Shown: positions 1 to 12,200 of the stretch, in pieces
Layout: each line of letters begins with the position of its first letter
Position numbering within the stretch: position 1 is the first letter of the stretch
NCBI RefSeq assembly: GCF_964355755.1
Contig: NC_092680.1
Location: 16,935,045-16,999,044 of the forward strand
Source: Antedon mediterranea
Lineage: Eukaryota; Animalia; Echinodermata
Direction: 5' to 3'
DNA length: 64,000 nucleotides
Position numbers and translations under genes: made by a program
The notes under the pieces: generated by a model
What the model saw: the letters and a program-made list of their open reading frames with translations, nothing else
What the model was told of the DNA's origin: nothing
Databases searched by the model: none

Positions 1-99
1 TAATTGCTTCCGTTAATCCACCAGTTCAGTACATAAAATCCAGATGTCCAGCATCCATGACATCATATTCAAATCATACCGGCAGGGAGATCGCAATTT

Positions 100-380
100 T
101 CATCGATGAAAACTGCATCGATGAAAATTTTTTTTTTTTTCATCGACGCAATTTTCATCACATTTTAACGCAATTTTCATTACATCGACGCAATTTTCAT
201 CGACGCAATGTTCATCACATCATTACATCAATACTATATTCATCGACGCAATTTTCATCACATCGACGCAATTTTCATTGCATCATCGACGCGATTTTAT
301 CATCGCCTAAACTGGTATTCCATACTAATTGCGTGTGATCGGATTGGTGTATTATAAATAAATTCATCGCGATGAATTTT
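100..380. repeat. Short degenerate repeat cluster (CATCGACGCAATTTTCAT-like)
   Basis: About 6 imperfect copies of catcgacgcaattttcat at 100-310; tcatcgcgatga palindrome near 363-374. Confidence 0.6.
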
Positions 381-699
381 TCAGTAGATGTAATGAGACA
401 GTTCAGTAGATGTAATGACAGTTAATTTAATTGTTCTGCTCTTTTTGTACAAATCTATACTACTTTATATTATGGATTTTGTAGTACTGTTAAAATTATT
501 AAATCTCTGGAAGTGTGTTTTACGAGTATGTCCGCAAATTTATGCGTTTACGGTTTTAAAATGTGAGTTTTAAATAGCGAACATGATCTTGTTAGGTGCA
601 CTACGCACGCAGTATTCCAAAATGTCTTACTAATTGGGAGAAAATCATATTGTATCATATCATATTATATCCATTCTTTAAATTCATATTCTTTATCCA

Positions 700-2482
700 A
701 AACTAAATTGGTATAGTAAAACACAGTGCTAGCAATTTATCATATTATTAAATGTTTCATATTCTTTATCATTGTGTTTTACTCTAATCAAATTGGTATA
801 GTAAAACACAGTGCTAAATTGCTATGTGAATGTCATTTATCATATTTTTAAATGTTTCCTATTCTTTATCATTGTGCTTTACCATAATCAAATTGGTTAT
901 AGTAAAACACAGTGCTAAATTGCTATGTAAATGTTATATATCATATTATTAAATTCCTATTCTTTATCATTGTGTTTTACTCTAACCAAATTGGTTATAG
1001 TAAAACACAGTGATAAATTGCTATGTAAATGTAATTTATCATATTATTAAATGTTTCCTATTCTTTATCATTGTGTTTTACTCTAACCAAATTGGTTATA
1101 GTAAAACACAGTGATAAATTGCTATGTAAATGTAATTTATCATGTTATTAAATGTTTCCTATTCTTTATCGTTGAGTTTTACTCTAATCAAGTTGGTTAT
1201 AGTAAAACACAGTGCTAAATTGCTATGTAAATGTTATATATCATATTATTAAATGTTTCCTATTCTTTATCATTGTGTTTTACTCTAATCTGATTGGTTA
1301 TAGTAAAACACAGTGCTAAATTGCTATGTGAATGTCATTTATCATGTTATTAAATGTTTCCTATTCTTTATCATTGTGCTTTACTCTAACCAAATTGGTT
1401 ATAGTAAAACACAGTGCTAAATTGCTATGTAAATGTCATTTATCATGTTATTAAATGTTTCTTATTCTTTATCATTGTGTTTTACTCTAACCAAATTGGT
1501 TATAGTAAAACACAGTGATAAATTGCTATGTAAATGTAATTTATCATATTATTAAATGTTTCCTATTCTTTATCATTGTGTTTTACTCTAACCAAATTGG
1601 TTATAGTAAAACACAGTGATAAATTGCTATGTAAATGTAATTTATCATGTTATTAAATGTTTCCTATTCTTTATCATTGTGTTTTACTCTAACCAAATTG
1701 GTTATAGTAAAACACAGTGCTAAATTGCTATGTAAATGTTATATATCATATTATTAAATGTTTCCTATTCTTTATCATTGTGTTTTACTCTAATCTGATT
1801 GGTTATAGTAAAACACAGTGCTAAATTGCTATGTGAATGTCATTTATCATGTTATTAAATGTTTCCTATTCTTTATCATTGTGCTTTACTCTAACCAAAT
1901 TGGTTATAGTAAAACACAGTGCTAAATTGCTATGTAAATGTAATTTATCATATTATTAAATGTTTCCTATTCTTTATCATTGTGTTTTACTCTAACCAAA
2001 TTGGTTATAATTTATTTAATTTCATTCAAATTGGTTATAGTAAAACACAGTGATAAATTGCTATGTAAATGTAATTTATCATGTTATTAAATGTTTCCTA
2101 TTCTTTATCGTTGAGTTTTACTCTAATCAAGTTGGTTATAGTAAAACACAGTGCTAAATTGCTATGTAAATGTCATTTATCATGTTATTAAATGTTTCTT
2201 ATTCTTTATCATTGTGTTTTACTCTAACCAAATTGGTTATAATTTATTTAATTTCATTCAAATTGGTTATAGTAAAACACAGTGATAAATTGCTATGTAA
2301 ATGTAATTTATCATGTTATTAAATGTTTCCTATTCTTTATCGTTGAGTTTTACTCTAATCAAGTTGGTTATAGTAAAACACAGTGCTAAATTGCTATGTA
2401 AATGTCATTTATCATGTTATTAAATGTTTCTTATTCTTTATCATTGTGTTTTACTCTAACCAAATTGGTTATAGTAAAACAC
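700..2482. repeat. 101-bp AT-rich tandem satellite, left part
   Basis: gtaaaacacagtg recurs at 1101, 1202, 1303, 1404 etc.; about 17 units. Confidence 0.95.
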
Positions 2483-5117
2483 CAGGCCCGTATCCAGGGG
2501 GGGTGCGTTGGGTGCAGACGCACCCCCCCAAGTCCCAAAAGGTCCACTTTTTCCTCGGTTGGTATTTTTTCTTGTCTTGTTTAACTAAAGACAATATCAT
2601 TATATATATACAAAATTTACATTATCAATGGTATACAAACAAAAATATGCTAATATAAAATGAAAAAATACCGGTAATTAAATTACGGAATCTGAACTGA
2701 CTACAAACTCGATGTAAAACATGCGCAGTCGATCATGTGACGACAAGTAATAGCTTAGCGCTTCATGTACGCGGTAAAGTGTTTGCTGGAGAAATACAGA
2801 CAACTTAACGTCAGGGAACACGTGTACTTTTTGTCGGGGAATATAATATACAGTAAAAAGCGTTCGCGTTCACTTCGTAGCTAGCTTCAGCGCCTAGAAA
2901 ACCGCGACGTTTCATTGACCGTGAGAGTACGTCAGAGTGATATTATGCACTTTATATGCATTCATTATTGCCAGCGATCTAACTTACTACTAAACAATAG
3001 CTAGGTACGCACTTGTCTGGCGGTATCCCTTTGTACGAATCGTTCAACGTTGGGTTGAGACGCGTGATATCAAGTTTCATCCAGGGACCAAAATGTGTAA
3101 TGTGTTATTTTCCAGGCGAAGTTTACCGACGGTTACGTCGTGTACTGCGTCGACGTACGCTACACTACAGCAAAAACGAATTATGTTAATTGTTCGTTTG
3201 TTCACCAATTTTTTAATTTACAAGTAACCTTCTGTACCGTCGGGCACCTAAAATAAATTTTTCATCCATTACTAAACAAAAAAACATGCCATTTTCGCTT
3301 AGCCAACATTATAGCTATAGTTATTACATTTTCAATATCCTGTATGTCATGAATTTCTCACCACTCGGAAGTCCAGATGGTACGCATGCATACACCTGGG
3401 AGGAATAAACTTTTTTCCCCGACTGAAAAAGGTCTACGCTTGCGTTTTTTAAGCCTCTAGGCCTGATGTTTCCAAAGTATAAAATGCAATTTTTTGAAGA
3501 CCTGCAGCTCTAGTTTTAAACATTTTCTTAGCTCAGCCCCAACAATAAAGCTGGTCATATTTCGAAGAACAAGAAGTACATTTTCCGGGACCTAACATCT
3601 CTATTTTTCAAACATTTCTTAGCTCAGTAGTCACAACCCATGATAGGGACTTATATATTTTTTTTCATGTTTTGAAGTATAATAAGTCCAATTTCCGGGA
3701 CCTCCAACTCTATTTTTCAAAATTTTCTTTGAACTTTTATTTTTTAAATTGAAAAATATGGATTGAAACAGTCATCGCGCATCGTTTTTTTGCACGCAGT
3801 ATTTTATTTATGCATTATAAAAAATGGAAAAAATGGCTACCCTAAATCTGATTAAAAAGACCTCAAATGACGCTAGAACGCGTTGCCGGGGGCCCTTGGC
3901 GGCCCCTGGCCCTCAGCCTAGTGATGCTCGCTTCGCTCGCATAGCCCCCTTGTCGGGGAATGTAGCCCCCGCGTCGGGAAGATCCTGGCGCCACCCCTGC
4001 TGAGTTGGCCTCATCATGAAAGCGTTAAGTTCTGGTGTCCATCGTTCAACTAGCCCAAGCCACAACAGAGAGTCTTACATCAGTCTTTAGAACGTCAAAT
4101 AACGCAAATTTTTCCAGGGCCTTCGGCCCCTGGACCCTGACCGGGGGGCGATTTTTTTTTTCGTACATAAGTTGGGGACCCCTTAATGAAACGTCACAAA
4201 ATAAACATGAATAATTCATCAGTTAAATTTTCTTGTTCCGTGTGCACCCAAGCGTATAACAACAAGAAGTGATTACCACGACACAACTGCGATACGATTC
4301 TAGGCCTATCTCCGCTGTGGTTGCGGCGTGCGATTTCATAAAATAGCGGCGTTTTGTGTGGATTGTCGAAATAATCAGCCTTTAGTTTATGATAGAGTGT
4401 TTAATATAATTATTGTATTACTAAAGAATTACGTGTTAAAATTATAGTTTCTATTAATACTATAAGGCCTAATTATTATTCTAGTAGTCTGTGTGGGTGT
4501 GACGTGTGTGTTACTGTTAGGTATGACACAGTCCGAGTAATAAGTCAGCAAATTTAAACAATTACATTACACAAAAATACATTTTTTATTCTCGTGGTTC
4601 TAATCTTTCCATCTCATGTGTGTTCATATACGCGCATTTTTAAAGTTCCTTTGAGTACATGCATATTGTTTGATAATAAAATAGCAGAATTAAAAAATTA
4701 CAGTACACAAATTATAAACATTCTTCTTGTGGGTCTAAGCTTTCTATGGGCTATGTCTAATTACTATTTAGTTGAATGTGTCTTGCCTAGCTGTCGATTA
4801 GCCTCGACACATTTTGCATAGGTTGGTGTATGTGTGAAGAAGAGTGCGAGAAGGCAATCACATGAATTGACCTAGAATCCTAGGTCTAGAAAGAATCGTA
4901 TCGCAGTTGTAATCACTTTTAGCTATACGTACGCTTGGGTAGACACGGAACAAAAAAATTAACTGATGAATTATTCATGTTTATTTTGTGACGTTTCATG
5001 AGGGGTCCCCAACTTATGTACGAAAAAAAAAATCGCGACCGGGGGCCCCCCTGGCCCCCAGCCATTGTTGCTCGCTTCGCTCGCACCCCCCCATTATAAA
5101 TGCTGCATACGGGCCTG
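2483..5117. mobile_element. Non-autonomous hAT-like TIR element with 5-bp TSD, inserted in the satellite
   Basis: TIRs CAGGCCCGTATCCAG / CTGCATACGGGCCTG (1 mismatch); AACAC duplicated at 2478-2482 and 5118-5122; satellite phase resumes exactly. Confidence 0.85.
4148..5036. mobile_element. Mutator(MULE)-like MITE nested in the hAT-like element
   Basis: About 150-bp inverted ends starting GCGATTTTTTTTTTCGTACATAAGTTGGGGACCCC; 9-bp TSD GACCGGGGG at 4139-4147 and 5037-5045. Confidence 0.85.
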
Positions 5118-5845
5118 AACACAGTGATAAATTGCTATGTAAATGTAATTTATCATATTATTAAATGTTTCCTATTCTTTATCATTGTGTTTTACTCTAA
5201 CCAAATTGGTTATAGTAAAACACAGTGATAAATTGCTATGTAAATGTAATTTATCATATTATTAAATGTTTCCTATTCTTTATCATTGTGTTTTACTCTA
5301 ACCAAATTGGTTATAGTAAAACACAGTGATAAATTGCTATGTAAATGTAATTTATCATGTTATTAAATGTTTCCTATTCTTTATCGTTGTGTTTTACTCT
5401 AATCAAATTGGTTATAGTAAAACACAGTGCTAAATTGCTATGTAAATGTTATATATCATATTATTAAATGTTTCCTATTCTTTATCATTTTGTTTTACTC
5501 TAATCTGATTGGTTATAGTAAAACACAGTGCTAAATTGCTATGTGAATGTCATTTATCATGTTATTAAATGTTTCTTATTCTTTATCATTGTGTTTTACT
5601 CTCACCAAATTGGTTATAGTAAAACACAGTGCTAAATTGCTATGTAAATGTAATTTATCATATTATTAAATGTTTCCTATTCTTTATCATTGTGTTTTAC
5701 TCTAACCAAATTGGTTATAATTTATTTAATTTCATTTCAAAAGACATTTACCTAAATTGCTATTTAAATGTCATTTATCAAATTATTAAATGTTTCCTAT
5801 TATTTATCTGGTTATATAGTAAAACACTGTGCTAAATTGCTATTG
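5118..5845. repeat. 101-bp tandem satellite, right part
   Basis: Same unit as 700-2482, about 7 copies, degenerating at the 3' end. Confidence 0.95.
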
Positions 5846-5851
5846 TATTAA

Positions 5852-7474
5852 GGACGAGTTCCGAGAAGATGTATTCAAAGCTACAACCAATCAGAACAGT
5901 GTTAATCAATATAGTCCATGGCTACAGCCAATCAGAAACGTCCAAATTGCAATAACCCCTAGGCTAATAGAAATTATTGGTCCGAGTAGCCTTTTCAACC
6001 AGACGTTGCGAGGTTTAAAAAGTAAAACATGATTTACTCGCCAATTTGGTATAGTTTATATACCTGGATATTCACAAAATCACGTCATCAGTGGATTCCA
6101 AACTCGCGACGTCATGTACGTTGTGTTTGTTAACTTCAAATCTCTCTCCCCTGTCAAACGACAACCACCCGATCATTGTGAAATACATTTTTTGTAGATT
6201 TTCTAAGCTAGGCCTAAAGTGTAATAATAACAGTAGTAGCATATATTTATTTGACATAAATACAACATTTAGTAAAGATTACGGAGTCTTAAATCATATA
6301 CTATTTTTATACCTCGAATAGTACAGATCGTATTATCGGCTTCACGTACTAGGCTAGGCCTAGCCTAAATCATTTGTTTTCATGGGCGAGAGCCATTCTG
6401 ACTAGGGATTCCATGCCACGATGGCTACGTTAAAACATTGGGGCCCATCATGGGCCTAGCTAGCCTACTAAACGATTGGCCCATCCATAATAATAAAACT
6501 CGGTGGATTCCAAACCTATCCTATCAACCAAACTCCTAAACAATCTAAACCTAAAACATTCTACAAAATCGGCTGTAAATATTGAGGCAAAAAAGGTACG
6601 ATCGCCGTCCGCACGTATGGTGTCCCGATCGTCTAAAAGTAGGCCTAAAATAGGCCTAGTTTACTCTCCAAAAAAGCAGATACTGCATCAAGCAAGTAGA
6701 CCAGGTAGTAGGAAGGAGACCTAGCCGATTCGGCCCAGTTAAAAATTGAGCTAGCTAGTGTAGTAGACCCTATATGCGAATTGATACTACCAGGCCTTTT
6801 AATAAAGTATTATAGGCTTGTTAAAATTAGCAATATACTTATGTTTACAAATATTCCAACTCTCTCATTCGAGCTATATTATCTATACCATTCCGGTAGG
6901 TCGAGTCGACCTTCAACCAAATACTGTACATCGTTCATGTTGTGATTATAGACGGGGTATACTCGACCCGACCAGTTTGGTATTGTATACTGTATCTGCT
7001 TATCACGTGACATGCCAGGCATGGGCAGGTAGAGCACGTGTATCGTCGTCTCGCTCTCCTCGCTCAGCAGGAATGCATCCCATTGATTTTGAAGGCTTTC
7101 CCTATTGGTCAGTGCGAAAATCGGCAAACGTAAAGTGCAAACATATCTAATTTTTCACTGTTTTGATGAATTTTCATAGAAAATTGACTTTATAAATGGG
7201 AAGACCGACTAAAATTACATTAGATAAGTATAATTTCACAAAAGTAATTGATATGGTTAATGATAACGAGTCGTCGGAACATTGACCATTTCACGAATTT
7301 CCTATTCTGTAAACACAGTGTTATATCGCCGTAGCTGCACTTGCAATCTGGCCTCATTTCACAGCCTTCGTTCTGCTTCACTGGGCGCTTATATAAACTG
7401 AAACTTTTACCGTTCAAGAGACAAACAAATATATTTTACATTTTTTACTATTCATTTTAAACCCGGAACCCCCC
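5852..7474. mobile_element. Possible TTAA-flanked (Kolobok/piggyBac-type) non-autonomous element
   Basis: TTAA|GGACGAGTTCCG ... CGGAACCCCCC|TTAA; short imperfect inverted ends only. Confidence 0.35.
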
Positions 7475-9225
7475 TTAATTAATTGTGCGCACAACGTGGT
7501 CTGTGCTGCAGCAGAAGGCCTATTGCGCGCCTCTGCTAACTCATGCTCTTTTGCTGCTACACAAATCATTAAATCTATATATTTTTTCACATATCCATGC
7601 AAATTCTGTAGGATTTAAAACAAATCAAAACATACATTTTTATTCGCACGAATTGATAATTTATTATTATTTTAAATGAATATTTGAAATGTTAAGATAC
7701 ATTTGTTGACCATTTTACAAATTTAAGAAAACATTTGTTTATTAATTAGGCATTATGAGGGTTTTCAGAATTCCCAACGATCCAGTAATAGATTAAATTA
7801 AAACTGTAACTGTGACAGACAAATTGTTGTGTCGTGATTGGGCACTTGGTTGTTCGGTAATACATCTAAAGAGTTTGTTCTTACCTCCATTTACAATGAT
7901 ACAAAAAGGGAATACTGTATTCATTTCAACGACACCAACCGGAAATGTATTATTGTTATTAATCGATCCGTATCGGGGAAGAAGGAAAGACGCCATTCTA
8001 TTAGTTTATTTCACAAAAGTAAAGTTGTTAATGTTTAGGAGGAAATAGGCCTACGTTTTACAACAGAATGGTTGCGATCGATATCAAAATATATAGCTGA
8101 TATTTTTGGGGGAAAGGCCGATTCTAACATTATTAGCCTAAAATGCGTTAATTGATTTAGTTAATTAGAATTTTAAGTCATTGAGTACGGGTCACTACTA
8201 CTATTATAGTTTTAAGAGTTATCTATGGTACATTCATTTAACAGTTTAAACACGGTATTTTGATCACAAATGTAAACTTGGCAGGTAATGTCTCAACAAT
8301 CTTGTTGTAGTTATAGCAATTCACACAAGTTTGCAAAAATATTCTCGAAAAGAAACCCATCTTTACTGCCAGCCCACCCACGAGTACTAAAATAAGAAGA
8401 AGCCCGTGGGCTTCTTTTCAAGGTTTGACGGTAGTTTTTCGTTAAATTAAAAACTATTTTTCTCTTTTGCATCACCGACATTCTTTTGGAAGTAGGCCTA
8501 CACAACAAGAAATATCTCCACTCCTCTTTTAAGCGAGAAAACTAATTGTCTATAGCGATAGATATTACCATATTACTTAGAAGAACATCTTTTATTTACA
8601 ATGGACCGTATATATGGAACAACTTACCGCTCAATCTAAAATCTAAAAGCAATACCCATCATAAATTCATTTAAAACAAAATACAAACAAATAATTATTT
8701 CAAACTATTTAGAACATTAGTATATTTCACAATTGCCTTAAGACTGTTCTTTTTTCTCCCTTTTTTGTGCCTTTTTGTGTAATTTTATTTGTCAATTTGA
8801 CGAAAGAAAGTGTTTTTTGTTCTCTCACTTAAATAAAATAATTAAATATATATTTACTTATCTGGAGGACCAAACTTAAAGCATTGGCTTAATGCGTCCT
8901 CCTTACACAATTGTATTTATTTATTTATGTTTCTGTATTATCATATTGTATTGTGTGAAACAATAAACTTGAAACTTGAATAGATAAACTGCTGAATAAC
9001 AATTTTAAATGAAGTAGAACATTCAAACTAAGATTTTCTTTATTTTATTTATTTTTAAGTTTCTGCCAATTACAAAACATATAGATATAGCCCACCCACA
9101 AGTGCAAGAAACGACAAAATATGTGCTACAATGCACAGCTGGTCAACCCTCCGCCTCAACCACACTCCCCAATATTTTATATTAGTTATTATTGTCTTTC
9201 AGAGTGATTCTTGGAAATTGCAAAC

Positions 9226-12200
9226 ATGTCTGATGTGGAAGAAGGTAAGTACGAACATTGACTTATTGATTCATTTTCTGGTTACCGGATACACACACAG
9301 TGCATGTTTGCCACAGTTTATTTAGGCCACCATACTTTATTTAAAGAAACTTCCTCTAGTAGTAAAGGCAATGGTGAGTAAAGCCAACATAAATACTTGT
9401 TCTCAATAGGCCTAAAGATGATAGTGATTTTTACTTTTTTTAAAGACATATTAAAATAGAACGTATTTAAAACCATAAAAACCATTTTCTGCTATTTTGT
9501 AAAATTCTATGGTTAATCATACATTCCAAACCAACACACTTTTTACAACGAAACTTAACATACCTCCAATAATCAATAGACAACTTCTTTTATCATAAAA
9601 CTGCCGTTCACCACAATAATGCATTTATGTATGTTGATAAAGTTAGAGCAACTTTCTTGCGTCGCACAGCTTTTAATAAATTAGGCGCCCATGAAGCTTT
9701 TATTTCCAGTGGATTTATTATTACGTTAAAGATCATACCACCTTAACCAATTCTACAAATTCAGCATATAGTAACCAATACTTATATCTTAGTTTTTTTT
9801 TAATTATCAACTACTGATTGTGTAGGTAGTGAGGATGACGATGATGAAGATAAGGCGGCATCATCCTCCCAATGGCGGACAAATGCCTGTAGCAAGAAGG
9901 GAGGTGAAGATAAGGGGACATCAACTACCTCCCAATGGTGGCCAAGTACCATTATCGCTAGCAGGAAGGATGATGAAGATCAGGCGGCATCAACTAGCTC
10001 TCAATGGCGGCCAAGTCAAAGTAAACAATACATTTCAATAGATTAATAATTCTTAGCAATATGGCACATAAATTAAAAGAAATAATAGGGGTTTATTCTT
10101 AGATGGTAAAATGGAGTCACTCCAATTGAAAAAAAAACTAAATTCAATTAAACTAATTAAAGATATATTGTCCCCCTGAAAACAAATTTTTTTTAAATAA
10201 ATTGTTGGTGTTGAATATGTAATTTTAATGTCACATAGGCCTAATAGTTAAGACTACAAAATGGCCTATTAAAAGTCTGATTTTTTTAAATCTTCATTTT
10301 TCATGTTCTTTTAGGGACAATACACCCCGCATGTTTTCTCACTGGTCTACTACAAAATTATGTTGATTTGAAACAGTATGAATTTTTTCTTGATAGTTAG
10401 GTTGTAACATGTATTCTGATTTTATAGGTAATAGCATGGATGACAAAGATGAGGCTGTACCACTCAGTTCCCCAATCCAACCATGTAAAGGTAAATACAA
10501 ATATTTAAAAAGGATAATTATGATGATGTGACTGTAGTAGAGAGTTGTTGTGATGGCTGATGGTGTATAAAAATGATTTTATAATGATGATTAGGAAGAT
10601 GAGTGTTAGATGGGATGATGATTAAGGTGGTAATGATCATAAATGATTAAGAGATGAATAAGATAATGATTATGGTGATGATCATTAAATTATGATAATT
10701 ATTTCGATGATTACAGTGATTATACTGATAATATTTATTTGTCCATATGAAAACAGATAATAATTATGGTGTTGGAATATAGTTATGTAATAGTTTTAAT
10801 ATCTTGTGGTTTAGAAAAAAATTCATATTGGCAATATTATATGAAACATTGAAACAATATTGCCCACAATAGCTATTTCCAATGTACAATTATAGTTTAA
10901 CTTCTGTTCTTAAACTATAGATTTGTCACAGGAAGACTTCAGACAGTTAATTGTAGACTTTGCACAATGGTTTGATGGGTTTAACCTCCTCGGCATGCTA
11001 CGAGTTTTATTCAAAGACATTATGGATGACGTTCATACTTTGGAGAATGCTAATTCTGCAATGGACTTGTTATCTCATTTAGTGGCGTCTGGAGAATTGA
11101 GTCGACGAAAGCTTAGTCTATTGTGCGACACAATTAAAATAACTAAGCAATTTGGCTTTGAGTCAACATCTATGAATCAACTTCCTTCCTTCCAAAATAT
11201 CAAGGAACGTGAGGTGTCATCATTCACGAAGTACAGAATAAAACTTGTGAATCTGGGAAAAGTGCTTACTAAGGAAAACATAGCAACTCTTGATGGAACA
11301 TACAACTTTCCACTGACAAAGAAATACAAAGACAGCTGGATTTTAATTTTAGATCTAGAACTTCAAGGAAAACTGAGCAAAGACAAAATGAAGTCACTTA
11401 TAAAAGTATTGAAGGAGAATGGAATGGAGTTGGCTAAGAAATCCGTAATTGATGGTATTGTAGTAGTAAATTACAATTTCAGAAATTAAATAGAATTTTA
11501 AAAATGTTTATTAAAATATAGTAATATATTTAATAGTAATACTAAGGTAATGATGTATTTAAACAAATATGAATTGAATTATCTTAAATTATAGTTAATC
11601 AAAATGATTAAATGATTAAATTCTGATTTTGTAGATAATAGTACCGATGATGAGGAAGTTGAGGGCGCAGCATCCATCTCCAAATCTAAAGGTATATAAA
11701 AATCCGATATCTATAACTTTGTTATACCGAAAAATGCTAAATTATATATTTTTATTTTTAATAATAAGTTTGCTTTTATACTTTTTTACAATATTACTCG
11801 ATTCATATATTAATCGGCTTACAGTTAGGCACATCATAGTATAAAAACAGAGTTACTCCAGGTAAACAACAACATACTTCATACAGTAGTGCTACTCAAT
11901 ACTGTTGATCACTAATACTACAATACTACTAGATTAGGCGTGCACTCGAGTGGTTCACGTCTTATTTGTCAAATAGACAACAACAGGTCTGTGTTGGCGA
12001 GACTATTTTAAAACCATGTTTCCTTTATTATTCTGTTCCGACTATGCATAAAGAACTTAAAATCAGCCGTCGCTTATGACGGGATTGTTCTGAAACTTCG
12101 ATATATTGAAAAAGAATGAAGCGATAGCTTAAAGTGATGCGAAATTAACTTTATACAATAATTATCACTTTCTCTCGGGAACCGGCTCCTGCATGTATAT

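Noticed and set aside
2483-7474. Transposase gene within the left-hand elements
   Set aside because: No long ORF or recognisable transposase motif; the elements are non-autonomous.
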